Shown here piece after piece: positions 52,607 to 64,000 of a DNA stretch of 64,000 bases. Origin of the DNA: Octopus sinensis (taxonomy: Eukaryota); the NCBI RefSeq assembly GCF_006345805.1, contig NC_043014.1, positions 27,900,001-27,964,000 on the forward strand. Direction: 5' to 3'. The translations under genes and the position numbers were made by a program. Below the pieces are notes generated by a model that saw only the letters and a program-made list of their open reading frames with translations, was not told the DNA's origin and did not search any database. Numbering within the stretch: the stretch's first letter is position 1; every line of letters starts with the position of its first letter.

Positions 52607-53475
52607 ATTAATCAATATAGGGTGGCAAAAAAATTTTGTAGAATTTTTTTGCCACCAGCGGCCTAGTGGGAAAAAATTAAATAGTCATAGACCATTTATA
52701 AGTTCAACATCACAATCAAGGAACGGCCATAATAGGCCATTCACCCACTAGAAATAACAGCCAAAGCTTCAACCGCAAAATAACATTAATTCCGCAAACC
52801 AGGAGAAAATTAAAAAACATTTACCCTGTAATTTCTTATACGATGCACCGTTTCATCTACTGTTTAATGGTAAACTAACCTGATTAAATTAAATCAAGCC
52901 AATCTTCCATAGGCCCTTAGATTCGTCAGTAAGAAATAGCCAGATCGGAACAGATATTTTCACGAGGCATTTCTGTCCCTGCCTCGGCAATATCTTATAA
53001 ATGGTCTATGACTATTTAATTTTTTCCCACTAGGCCGCTGGTGGCAAAAAAATTCTACAAAATTTTTTTGCCACCCTATATTGATTAATTATGAATTTTC
53101 TGGTTGATTCCGTAATGGAATCGGCAGCTTATATTTATTTGCTGCCGATAAATTTGGCGCGAGTGCGATGATTTGAAAATTTTAGGTCAGATATTGCCGA
53201 GGCAGGGACAGAAATGCCTCGTGAAAATATCTGTTCCGATCTGGCTATTTCTTACTGATGAATCTAAGGGCCTATGGAAGATTGGCTTGATTTAATTTAA
53301 TCAGGTTAGTTTACCATTAAACAGTAGATGAAACGGTGCATCGTATAAGAAATTACAGGGTAAATGTTTTTTAATTTTCTCCTGGTTTGCGGAATTAATG
53401 TTATTTTGCGGTTGAAGCTTTGGCTGTTATTTCTAGTGGGTGAATGGCCTATTATGGCCGTTCCTTGATTGTGAT
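52607..53475. mobile_element. Non-coding element with interleaved inverted repeats A-B-A'-C-B' (candidate miniature DIRS-like element)
   Basis: A 52607-52702 / A' 52994-53089 (96 bp, no mismatch seen); B 52709-52995 / B' 53189-53475 (287 bp, one mismatch seen); flanked by (TA)n on both sides. Confidence 0.55.
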
Positions 53476-53896
53476 ATATATATATATATATATCACGTAA
53501 AAAGCACCATCCGAGCATGGCCGTTTGCCAGCCTTGTCTGGCACTTAAAAAGCACCCACTTCACTCACGGAGTGGTTGGCGTTAGGAAGGGCATCCAGCC
53601 GTAGAAACTTTGCCAGATCAGACTGGGCCTAGTGCAGCCTTCTGGCTTTCCAGACCCCAGTTGAACCGTCCAACCCATGCTAGCATGGAAAACGGATGCT
53701 AAACGATGATAGTATACTTGTGTCAGTTATTTGGCATGTTTTCTCTTTGAATTAACTGCTGGGATTTTAACGTCAATTAAATTGGACATTATAAGTAACA
53801 AATTGAAAAAAAAGAGAAATGGAAACAGGCACACTAACAAGACAGTCTGAATTTCTTTCCTGACTCAAATTGCTACTTGTTAATATATTCTATCGT

Positions 53897-54280
53897 TATT
53901 TTCTTTTATCTGTTTCAATCATTAGACTGCAGCCATGCTGGGACACCACCTTGAAGAACTTTTCGTTGAATAAATCAACCCTAGGACTTTTTTTAAAGCA
54001 AGGTACTTATTCTATTGCTCTCTTTTTTTGCTGAACTGCTAGTTTATGAGAATGTAAACAAACCTATAACAGTCAAGCAGTGGTGGGGGACAGACACACA
54101 CACATATATATATAAATACTGGTCTTCTTTCAGTTTCCATCTACCAAACCCACTCACAGGGTGTTGGTTGGCCTGAGGCTATAGTAGAAAACACTTGCCT
54201 AATGTGCTGTGCAGTGGGATTGAACCGTGAACTATGTGGTTGAGAAGCAAGCTTTGTACCACACAGCCATGCCTGTGCCT
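53897..54280 (-). mobile_element. tRNA-derived SINE (OK/OR-like)
   Basis: Same family motifs, in reverse orientation. Confidence 0.8.
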
Positions 54281-55723
54281 ATTAATGTCTACTAATATTT
54301 ACATTTTACTTTTCTTTGCTAAACAATTCTAATTTCCTACACCTGTTCAGTCTTGTACATTTACTGAGTTGATCTTTCATAACTACTGTGGAAGTTACAC
54401 CATGCTGCTGAAGTTAGAATAAGACTGAAATATACCCAGAATTATCTCCTACACCTTCCTGAAAAGGGAAAATATTAGCTGTTGATTTTATACAATTATA
54501 AACTTTTGCTGTCTTATCCTTTATTTTTAATTTGCACTACTTGATATAGTGTATGTAGCCTTAAAAATGTTTTTTGTTTTAAATTTATAACTAATAACAA
54601 CTGGGTCTATCATTTATCCTTCTGTCTGTCTATGTGTATGTGTGTGTATTTATAGAGCTATACATTCAACCAAACTTTGCCAATAACACTTCCAATTGAT
54701 ACCAACTGATATATGAATCAATGAGGGAGCCTCTAAGTAATTGCTTATCCTCCTGAAATAGCAGCCAAGCTATTACATGAAAGAAAAAGATGTATTGAAA
54801 TATGCAGTCTAGGATAAACTACTGGAAAAAGACAGCATGATCATAGCTTGAACACTTTTGATCAAAGTTCTACTCAATCGAGGATGGCATGAGGACTAAT
54901 AACAACCAATTCATATATAGCAAAATCCATATTTTTTCCCACTCCATATATAACCACTTTGCAGTATATGAGGCAAATGTCTTTTACCAGAGTCGTGTTA
55001 TTGACTGAAAGCTTGTGAGTGAAATTGGACAGCTGGAAACTGTCAGATGGACATAGTGAGTCACAGCACCAAGTCTGCTTGAGGATTATGTTAAGGGTAT
55101 AGGGTGCCTGTAGAACACTCAGCAACTTAAATTACACATTATGAACCATTAGAACACTCGTTCATCAATATCTACAAGACTTTATCATCACTGTGTGTGT
55201 GTGTGTGTATTGGTGAATGTTTGTTTACAAAAGAAGAAAAAACTCAATATATAGAGTTTGTGTATTTTATTAGCAATTGAAACTTCTAGAATCATGACAA
55301 TATATGAGTAACCACAAACACATTAAAACATGTTTAATCATTGTGAATCTCTAGTCGCTAGACAAAAAGAAAAATTATTACTGTCATCTATTTACCATAT
55401 GCAGAACGTAATGTATTCATCTATTCACATATAATATTTGCACAGCTTCAATATCATATCCAGCTTTTCATTCAACAAGGAACCTTTAAGTGTACTGTTC
55501 ATTATTGCAATGACATTAAAAGGCAGTGATTTCAAAAAAAAAAAAAAAAGACATTTTATACAGTACAGCACTAATATGCAGAAATAGTAAACAAAACAAT
55601 ATATGGCATGATTCTTTTTAGAGTTTAAATGTTCATTCTATAACTGCAAGGATTTTTCTAAACCTTATACATAGGTATTTCTTCACAAACCAAAGATACA
55701 TCTTTAACAGAAATAGTGTTTAC

Positions 55724-55922
55724 CCCCTTTAACATTTACATCAACCTATCTGTTTTATATTCAAACTGGCCAGATCTGGCCTCTCATATCTACTCTACAA
55801 TGTCAATCTGAAAATAAACAGTCACATCATCAAAATCTCAATTATGAAATAATGCATGATTAATTTTATAAAATGTGAATAAATAAACATTACATTAAAC
55901 AGATAATCTGAATGCTAAAGAG
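55724..55922. mobile_element. piggyBac-type MITE, second copy
   Basis: Homologous throughout to 16356-16568; ends AATGCTAAAGAG-TTAG. Confidence 0.6.
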
Positions 55923-58150
55923 TTAGGTGACTTTGCAGAAACTTTGCTGTTCTGTAGCCTGTATAAACAGAAAAGTTTCAGTACAATTATGCAAAACTTT
56001 ACTCCTCTAATAGTAACAAGTCTAACACTTACACTCTGAAAAGCATGTGTCTTTTTAAAACATTTAGTTTATCAAGCTGAAGGCTTTCTTGCAAATGACA
56101 GTAAAACCTAACATCTGCCCCAACCCAACAAATTTTCTGAATATCTCTTTGAAAAAATGAAGCTCACAACATTCAGAAAGACAATGTCTTATCATCTAAC
56201 TATCCAAATATATTTGGAATGCAAAGGATGATAATATTCACAATTAACTGTTTTAGTATAAAGATGAATTTCTTTCATTAATGGTTCCAGAAGGTGTAAC
56301 CATTGTCTCTTGAAGTATAAATATCCTATTGTAATCATTAGCAATTTTACACATCAGATCAAAATTGGTGAATTCATGCAGACACTTCATCGATACTTAA
56401 AGAAATCCAAAAAATGGCCATATACTTGAGGTGAGAGATAGGGACAGAACATAAATTCAGTAATTCATCAACACCAAAACTTCATTAACAATAGCTATCT
56501 TCTTTGCTGTCGTATGTTTTACACAAATGATAAAGAAACATCACACTTTTGCATGTGAATAGATGAATATATTACATGTTCAGCACATAACAGAGTAGAT
56601 GTATAATGCATTTTCCACCATTTTTTTTTAGCAACCAATCAAGTCTCAATAACCATTTGTGTTTTGATGCATTTACAAACATTACTGCTGATATCCTGTT
56701 ATAATGTTGCTCTTCTTCAATTGTCTGAATAATCAGCAACATGAAACTCCGTGCAATGATTCAAGAAGCTTCAGCTGCAAATAATATATAATAGAGCCTC
56801 TTGAAAGACAATGGTCCATGAAACATGTGACCAAAATTTTAATTTTAATATATGAATAAACTCAGTATCATAAACTGAGTACTATCATTTGATTTTATTT
56901 ACAAATTATAATATTTAGATACAACATACATACATATACACACATGTGCTTACACACACATTCCTTCATTTGTTCTACATCTACTCTTTCTTGCATGAAG
57001 ATGAACTAAGGCAGTGTTTTGCAACTGAATACCTTTCCTATTGTCAAGCCTTCCCTGTTTTTTGAGTAAAATATTTCTATTTCCTTGGTCTTCACAAGCA
57101 TAGAGATACATACCATTTTGCTAACAGGGAATATAAGCATATCAGCAATTTGCCTAAATGCATAATGCAAAGACCCATGGAATGTAAACATTCTTACACA
57201 CACACACCCAAAAAGTTTCTATAAAATTTTCTAACCACCAATTTCTCCGCAAGGCATTAGTGAACCCAAGATGACACATGATTGGATAGAATCTGAAACC
57301 CCAATGTTACAAAGCAAATTCCATATACAGTCAACACACATACAACAGGCTTCTACATAGTTTTTGTCGTTAACATTCCACTCACAAGGTATTGGGCAAC
57401 CACCAGATCATTAACATGGAAAAAAAATGTGGAATTTCTTCTAGCTCTTTACATCCTGAGTTCAAATCTTGTTGAAGTCAACTTTGCTTTCATCCTTCGG
57501 GGATTGGTAAAATAAAGTATCTGTCAAGTAATGGGTTTGAGCTAATCAACCAAGACCCTCCTTCTAAAAAAAAACTGCTGACTTTGTACTAAAATCTGAA
57601 ACATTAATAGAACCAGCTTAAGAAATACCATTAGTGTAGAAATCAGGTTATAAACAAGTTACCATCCAATGCAAGTTGCATTATTCCATTCCTAAACCAC
57701 CAGTAAAATCATAGGTCAAAATAAGCGATATCTTTTGCCATCTTCAATAACCCTGCTACACGAATCAGGATACATTATGTACCCCACAAAGTTTCCCATA
57801 ACACTTCATATACTCTATATGCAGTAATGGCTAGTGTAAAGGTGAGATCAACCCAATGAATTGCACTTTAGGATTACTCCATTCCCTCGCTTCCATTTAT
57901 ACATACATATATATCACAACTGGTATAATCATTAAATTGTTTATTAACACACCATAAGAAAGCTTCAAGCCATATACTTTACAACAAGTATAATTATATA
58001 ACTATCAGATTACACCACTCAGAAGATCTTGGGTATCAAGCTATTTCCTATACACAAATGAATATGAAATTATTTACGTTATTTAACCACCAGGTTGTGC
58101 ATACATTACCACTCACACTATCATCATTCAACATCCATGGTGTGTATATG

Positions 58151-58152
58151 AG

Positions 58153-58224
<72 letters not shown>
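58151..58224. repeat. (GA)n microsatellite
   Basis: About 35 GA units. Confidence 0.97.
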
Positions 58225-58228
<4 letters not shown>

Positions 58229-58702
58229 GGAAAATGATGAGTAGCAAGGTAGGTTACAAGAGCATGTAGGATGGGAGAGACAGGAGGCATAGGGCATGGG
58301 AAGAGTGAATGACATATAATGGCAGAGAAGGTGAGATGATTTGGTTGGGAGGAACAATGAAATATGTGGTTGGAGAGGACAATATTAAGGATGAGGGATG
58401 GATATCAGGTAAAACGATTCTAGGTGATGAGAAAGATTAGTGATATCGAGGAAAAATTGCAGTTAGAGAAATGAAAAGTAGTGTCGTGTCTTGGGGAAAA
58501 TTTAGGTAAAGGGCTCAATTGTTCACACATACACACAAAGCTATACTCATTTATGTGCACCAACTAGTGTAAACCATCAGGCTGTGCCAAGTTACCCTCC
58601 TGGGTGTGAAACCCTTCTAGGTTCCTTAAATCTAATTATACATAGCAACTGATAAACCCACCAAATTGTGTCAGTTAATATATCCCAGGAATGTGCCTCA
58701 TG

Positions 58703-59370
58703 TCAGTGTGGTACTCGTTTATGTTTCAATAGATCATAGCTACTAGAGAAAGCTTCTGTGCAGAAATTGCATTTGAATGGCTTTTCTGCAAGATGCTGCT
58801 GAATGTGTGTGCTCCACTCTATGGTGGAAGTGAAAGTGTTTTCACAGTATTTACAGGAGTAAAGCGTACTATGTTGTCGCCGATGCATTGTTAGGGCATA
58901 GCGGCTGGAAAATGCATCTGTGCACATATCACATGCAAAAGGTTTCTTAGAACTGTGTATTTTTCGATGTGCAGCTAACTCAGATTTGCTGTTAAATGCC
59001 TCTTCACAGTTCAAACATTTAAAAGGTTTATCAGCACGGTGTGCTTTCAAGTGCATGCTCCAACTATCTACAGTATCAAATGTTTCCTTGCAATATTTGC
59101 ATTTATGAATCAGCTTTTTGAGGTGTGCAATGACATGTTTCTGCAGTCTGGAATTATCAATGAAGGCTTTGTCACAATATTGACATACAAATTTTTTTTC
59201 TCCAGTGTGAATCCGGTGATGCTTAGCTTGGTTGCTACGAGTGCTGAATGATTTGTCACAGTAGTCACACTTGAAAGGTTTCTCACCCGTGTGTGTTCGC
59301 TGGTGTTCTAATAAGTTACTGCGAATACAAAATGCCTTCTCACATTGATCACACTGATATGGCTTTTCAC
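58703..59370 (-). CDS. C2H2 zinc-finger protein, terminal exon (8 fingers)
   Basis: ttttcag|GT GAA AAG CCA acceptor completes TGEKP; 668 bp open frame to TGA with fingers CDQC, CDYC, CQYC, CKYC, CLNC, CDMC, CKYC and CNFC. The supplied track shows only the last 117 aa. Confidence 0.93.
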
Positions 59371-60633
59371 CTGAAAATACAAAATTAATCCATCTATATT
59401 ATCTATATCATAATGGAGAAAGCTGCTTATTAATTAGGTATGTAACAGTTACTAAAAGAAAGCAATTATTAAAGGTTTGACCATCTGGAAATTTTTTATA
59501 AATTCATATTCCAAGAAATTTCCTGTAATTTTGATTTCTGAAATTTATTGAATATTTGAACTACAACTTTTTCACAAATTTAAATATTTGTTGCAATCAC
59601 TATGGAGTAGATTTTAATGTTTAATATTAATTTGTTGCAGGCGAAATTTTCTGTTTTCATTTGCAACAGTTTTTCACTCTCTCTAGCCTCTATTTTCATT
59701 AATGATAATATAATATATGTTCATTTCAAGTTTTAATTTGCTATTTGCAAAACCCACAGTTTATTATATATATGTAATGTGAAAAAATTATTTATTGAAT
59801 GAATGAATGCTATTAGACAAAATAGCTGTATATCTTTGATACAAGACACAATTTCAAGAATAATATTTCTGGAGTTTGCTAAATGAATATTTTTGGTAAA
59901 ATCAGAATTTTTTAATATACAGATATAATTTTAAAAAAAACAAGGTGATTTTGTTGGTATGGCTGTTTGGAATGCTATAAGCCTTACAATAATAACTATG
60001 CAATAGCTACTATTTCTACCATACTAAATGTAGTTGGATTACTTGAAGTTTGCTTAAATTACAACTATAATAAATTACTGAAAGAAATATTTACTAAGCA
60101 AATGAAATTTTTTATAAATTGAAGTTTTCAGGAAAATTTACTTTCTGAACTTCCATTTATTATTGAATATTTCGAGTTCACAAATTTAAATATTCTGTAC
60201 AAGATAGTTTTTCACAAGCATTTATTTATACGATTTTTTTCATTTCATGTTTATTTCATTCATTGTTTGCAATGTTCTCTCTCCTGCTCTCTCTCACACA
60301 AAGACACATGTGACTTATTTCCTTTCTGTCATTATCTAAGAATTATCAAGTGAATTCATTGCTATGGCTATTTGATATGCTACAGATATTCAAATATTTC
60401 TATGTAATTGCTACTATTTTTTTTGCAGGCCGTCTCAGAAATGTCAAAATGAACAGCTGGTTTTATTTGTTAATTTCTGTAATTTTTTTAATTTATTTAC
60501 TTTTGCTTTAAAGTGAAAGATGTATGTACATGTATATGAAATGGATGTGAGTGTGAGAGAGAGAGTAAGGGGTGTGTTGTCATGTATATGTACATAAATA
60601 TGCATACATCTTTTTTGTATGTATGCATATGTG

Positions 60634-60682
<49 letters not shown>

Positions 60683-61429
60683 GTGCCACTTAGACATCAC
60701 TCTCTCTCTTACACACAAGCACACACAGATCTTATTGTCTCATTTATTCCCTCATTTCTTTTATAGAGCAGAGAGTAACTATTTCTGTCATTCATTTTTC
60801 CATACAATTCTTAGCTGGGATAAAATCTGCAAATTTGGATGAATGTATATAAGCTATTTGAGCAAACATTACAGCAGTAAAATATACTTTCTATGGTTAA
60901 TGGTACAACTAAAAAGTGCGTATGGTATGCCAACTTTCTACGTATCATGGGTATCTTCAAGCCATCAAGCTGCAATGTTCTTAGCTATCTGCATGAAAGA
61001 TTTACATATTTAAAGACATGAGCTAGTTGATTTAGAAATATATTTAATGTATTGATTGAGTATTAAAAAAATATCTAATTAGAAACCATTATATGATGAA
61101 GAAAAGACAACATTACTTCAATAAATATTTAAATCAAATTGGCAAGTATGAAAGACAACAGATTTGCTCAATTTTCACAGTTACTTGTATATTAGTAATT
61201 CTGTTTTCACTTTCACAAGTACTATGAAGTTTGCTTCATTGAAGAATCTACAAAGATCAGAACATATCCTGAGTAATCTCCCATACTAGCTGAAATGGTT
61301 AAAATATTAACCATTGCACTAATATTTTTTCATTCATTACATAATTATTTCTAATTTGTTTTTTATAGCTGCCTACATAAAACTCTATATTCACTAGTAT
61401 TTTATGGTTAGATATATTATGCAGGTATG

Positions 61430-62130
61430 TGTGTGTGTAGGTAGAAACTCCATAAGATGTACTCAGTGTAAGCTATGGACATATAAGAGGTGCAGCAACA
61501 TCAAAGGAATATTAACTGAGAAGATAGCTTTCATGTGTAACAGATGCACAGGGGCAATAAACACCACAGATGCTCAGAAAACAGATTCCATCACACTCCA
61601 GGGGAAGAAACTAGAAGTAGTTGATAGCTTGGTCCACTACCTAGGTGACCAAGTTAGTAGTGGAGGTGGATGCTCAGAGAGTGTTACCACTAGAATAAGA
61701 ATAGCCTGGGTAAAGTTTAGAAAGCTTCTACCTCTACTGGCAATAAAGGGCTTCTCGCTCAGAGTGAAAGGTAGATTATACAATGCATGTGTACGAACTG
61801 TCATGCTTCACAGCAATGAAACATTGGCAGTAACTGCAGAGGACATGCATAGGCTCAAAAAAATGAAGCTAGCATGATCCATTGGATGTGTAATGTCAGT
61901 GTGCACACACGACAGAGTGAAAGCGCCCTGAGAGAAATGTTGGACATAAGAAGCATAGGATGAGGTGTGCAAGAGAGACGTTTGCACTGATATAGTCATG
62001 TACTATGGATGAGGAGAGATGAGTGAAGAAGCTGTAGAAACACTGCCAGATCAGACTGGAGCCTGGTGCAGCCTCCTGTCTTCCTAGACCCTGGTTGAAC
62101 CGTCCAACCCATGCTAGCATGGAAAACGGA
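61430..62130 (+). mobile_element. RTE LINE 3' fragment with PHD-like Cys/His insert and (GAT)n tail
   Basis: GRNSIRCTQCKLWTYKRCS...MCNRC, YLGDQVSSGGGCSESVTTRIRIAWVKFRKL, KGRLYNACVRTVMLH; followed by the common 3' repeat and GATGATGAT. Confidence 0.85.
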
Positions 62131-62144
62131 TGTTAAACGATGAT

Positions 62145-62177
<33 letters not shown>

Positions 62178-62744
62178 TTAACCTCTGACTGCTACAAAGC
62201 CAGACAACAATATTTAAATGAAGGCTATGGTTGCTAGATCAATAGATGTTAACAGTAATACACTTTAAGAACTTGATCCTAATCACTGATCTTATAGTTT
62301 CCTTTACCCCATAGTGTATGAGTGTCACTGTTAGTCAATGGATGACTCACTGGAACTGCACATTCAGCATGGTGTCTCCTATAACCTCACCTCTAATCCT
62401 AGATCAGATGGTGTCAGGTGCCATGCTTTGCCAAAGGGCAGCCTATTTTTTGTTCAGGACAGCTTATTTCCATATTTGTTACTAACCTCTATATCAGGAA
62501 GCTATTCCCCTATCTGCCCCCAGAAGTCTGGCAGAATATTTCTTTCTCAGTTCTCCCCTAGCATCTGGGATAAAGATGCTAGGAGAGATTGTGATGGGTG
62601 ATGTGATTGAGTCAGGAAAATCTGAGCAACCTCGATTTCATGAAGATGGTATCATACAACTGCAAATAGTAATAAAGAATTGTATACTATTTACTTTAAG
62701 CTAGACAAAATGATGGAAGCTGAATAAGGAAACTGGGTCTTTAT

Positions 62745-63151
62745 CGCTTATCTTTTACTTGCTTTTAGTCATTAGACTGTGGCCATGCTGGGGCACCACC
62801 TTCAATTAATATGGTCAAATGAATTGACCCAAGTACTTATTTTTTTTAAAGCCTGGTACTTATTCTATTGGTCCCTTTTGCTGAACTGCTAAGTTATGGG
62901 GATGTAAGACACACCAAGACTGGTTGTCAAGTGGTGGTGGGGGACAAACATAGACACAAAGATACACACACACATATATGTGTATATGTATGTATATATA
63001 TATATGACAGACTTTTGTAGCTTTCTGTCTACCAAATTCACTCACAAGGCTTTGGTGGGCCCAAGGCTATAGTAGGAGACACTTGCCCAAGGTGCCATGC
63101 AGTGGGACTGGACCTAGAACCATGTGGTTGGGAAGCAAGCTTCTTACCACA
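62745..63151 (-). mobile_element. tRNA-derived SINE (OK/OR-like) in the ZNF intron
   Basis: Same family motifs. Confidence 0.8.
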
Positions 63152-63491
63152 TGGACTAAAGTTAACCATTTTAGCAAATTTTGTAAAAATTAAATTGTGT
63201 TAGCTATCAAACACTTAATCTTCAGCTGTTGATCTTCTCTAATGATTAAAATGAAACATTAAGATTGTCAGGAATGACAATTTCAGATATTATAAAATAT
63301 CTGTTTGGACTAAAAGAACTTCAGTAACTGTTTTTCTAGTTTGTTTAATCTAAATATTATTTCCCCTTCTCATTATTAAAACCTCTAACCTATCTCGGTG
63401 CAGAGTAAGAGTGAATTGCATTGTTGAGTAGAAGTACAAATAAAGAAAACTGAAACTAATCCAGAAGGTCAATGAAAGAATTAAAACTCAC

Positions 63492-63816
63492 CTGTGTGAA
63501 ATCGTCGATGTGCTTGAAGATAGTGCCTTGTACCAAATGCTTTTGGACAGAGATCACACTGATGTGGTCTTTCCCCAGTATGACTGCGGCGATGTGCAGC
63601 TAACGTCGCCAGTATGGGAAACTTCTTGTCACATTGTTCACAATGATAAGGTTTCTCACCTGTATGGTACCGCAAATGAATGAGTAAATGAGACTTTATG
63701 CGGAAAGATTTTTCACACACCTGACAAATGAAGGTCTTAGTGTGTTTGAGAATGTGCTGTTCCAAACGATTACGACTCTTGAAAGTCTTGTTACAGAGGT
63801 TGCAATTATGAGGCAT
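63492..63816 (-). CDS. C2H2 zinc-finger protein, first coding exon (4 fingers)
   Basis: ATG at 63816 with an in-frame stop 11 codons upstream; four C2H2 fingers with HTGEKP/HTGERP linkers; CAC ACA G|gtgag phase-1 donor; exon acceptor ttacag at 63969/63968. Joined protein is 330 aa with 12 fingers. Confidence 0.9.
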
Positions 63817-64000
63817 GCTGGTACTTTGGATACATAGGGACTTTAATCATAGCAAAAAGATAAGGTCTTTTTACTAAGCATGTCTAAAGAGGGTCAATGT
63901 TGAATTTGTTCATGAAAGAATCTTGACAGAGGGACCAATTTGGAAGCATTGCAATTTTGGTTCCAACACTGTAAAATAATAAAAGGGAGAATAACAAAAT

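Noticed and set aside
52607-53089. Simple MITE with 96-bp TIRs (A-B-A')
   Set aside because: Does not explain C and the second inverted copy of B, and there is no TSD; kept only as an alternative.
56640-56780. Minus-strand acceptor ttatttgcag with a short frame LKLLESLHGVSCC*
   Set aside because: No homology or matching donor established; more likely 3' UTR or intergenic.

Overview
AT-rich, intron- and repeat-rich animal genomic DNA; the SINE families, microsatellite load and C2H2 gene suggest an octopus (inference from recalled repeat consensus, not a search). Three protein genes were assembled by hand from splice signals: the last two exons of a MIF-family gene (+, 47-219 and 2024-2087), a KCTD6/11/21-like BTB protein (-, exons 24423-24235 and 21446-20786, with a probable 20-nt first coding exon at 45036-45017 in a CpG-rich region), and a 12-finger C2H2 zinc-finger gene (-, 63816-63492 and 59370-58703). 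The rest is mostly decayed mobile DNA: cecropia- and mauritiana-type mariners, a rosa/DD41D element, a Ty3/gypsy remnant with an inverted integrase fragment, RTE, CR1-like, CRE-like and possibly L1/Tx1 LINE pieces, Helitron fragments, a piggyBac-type MITE, a Penelope-like palindrome with a 13-bp TSD and dozens of tRNA-derived SINEs. The most unusual structure is a young, CpG-rich, non-coding 869-bp element at 52607-53475 with layout A-B-A'-C-B' (two interleaved near-perfect inverted repeats). It matches the terminal architecture of DIRS retroelements and may be a miniature non-autonomous one. Most ORFs in the supplied track are spurious.
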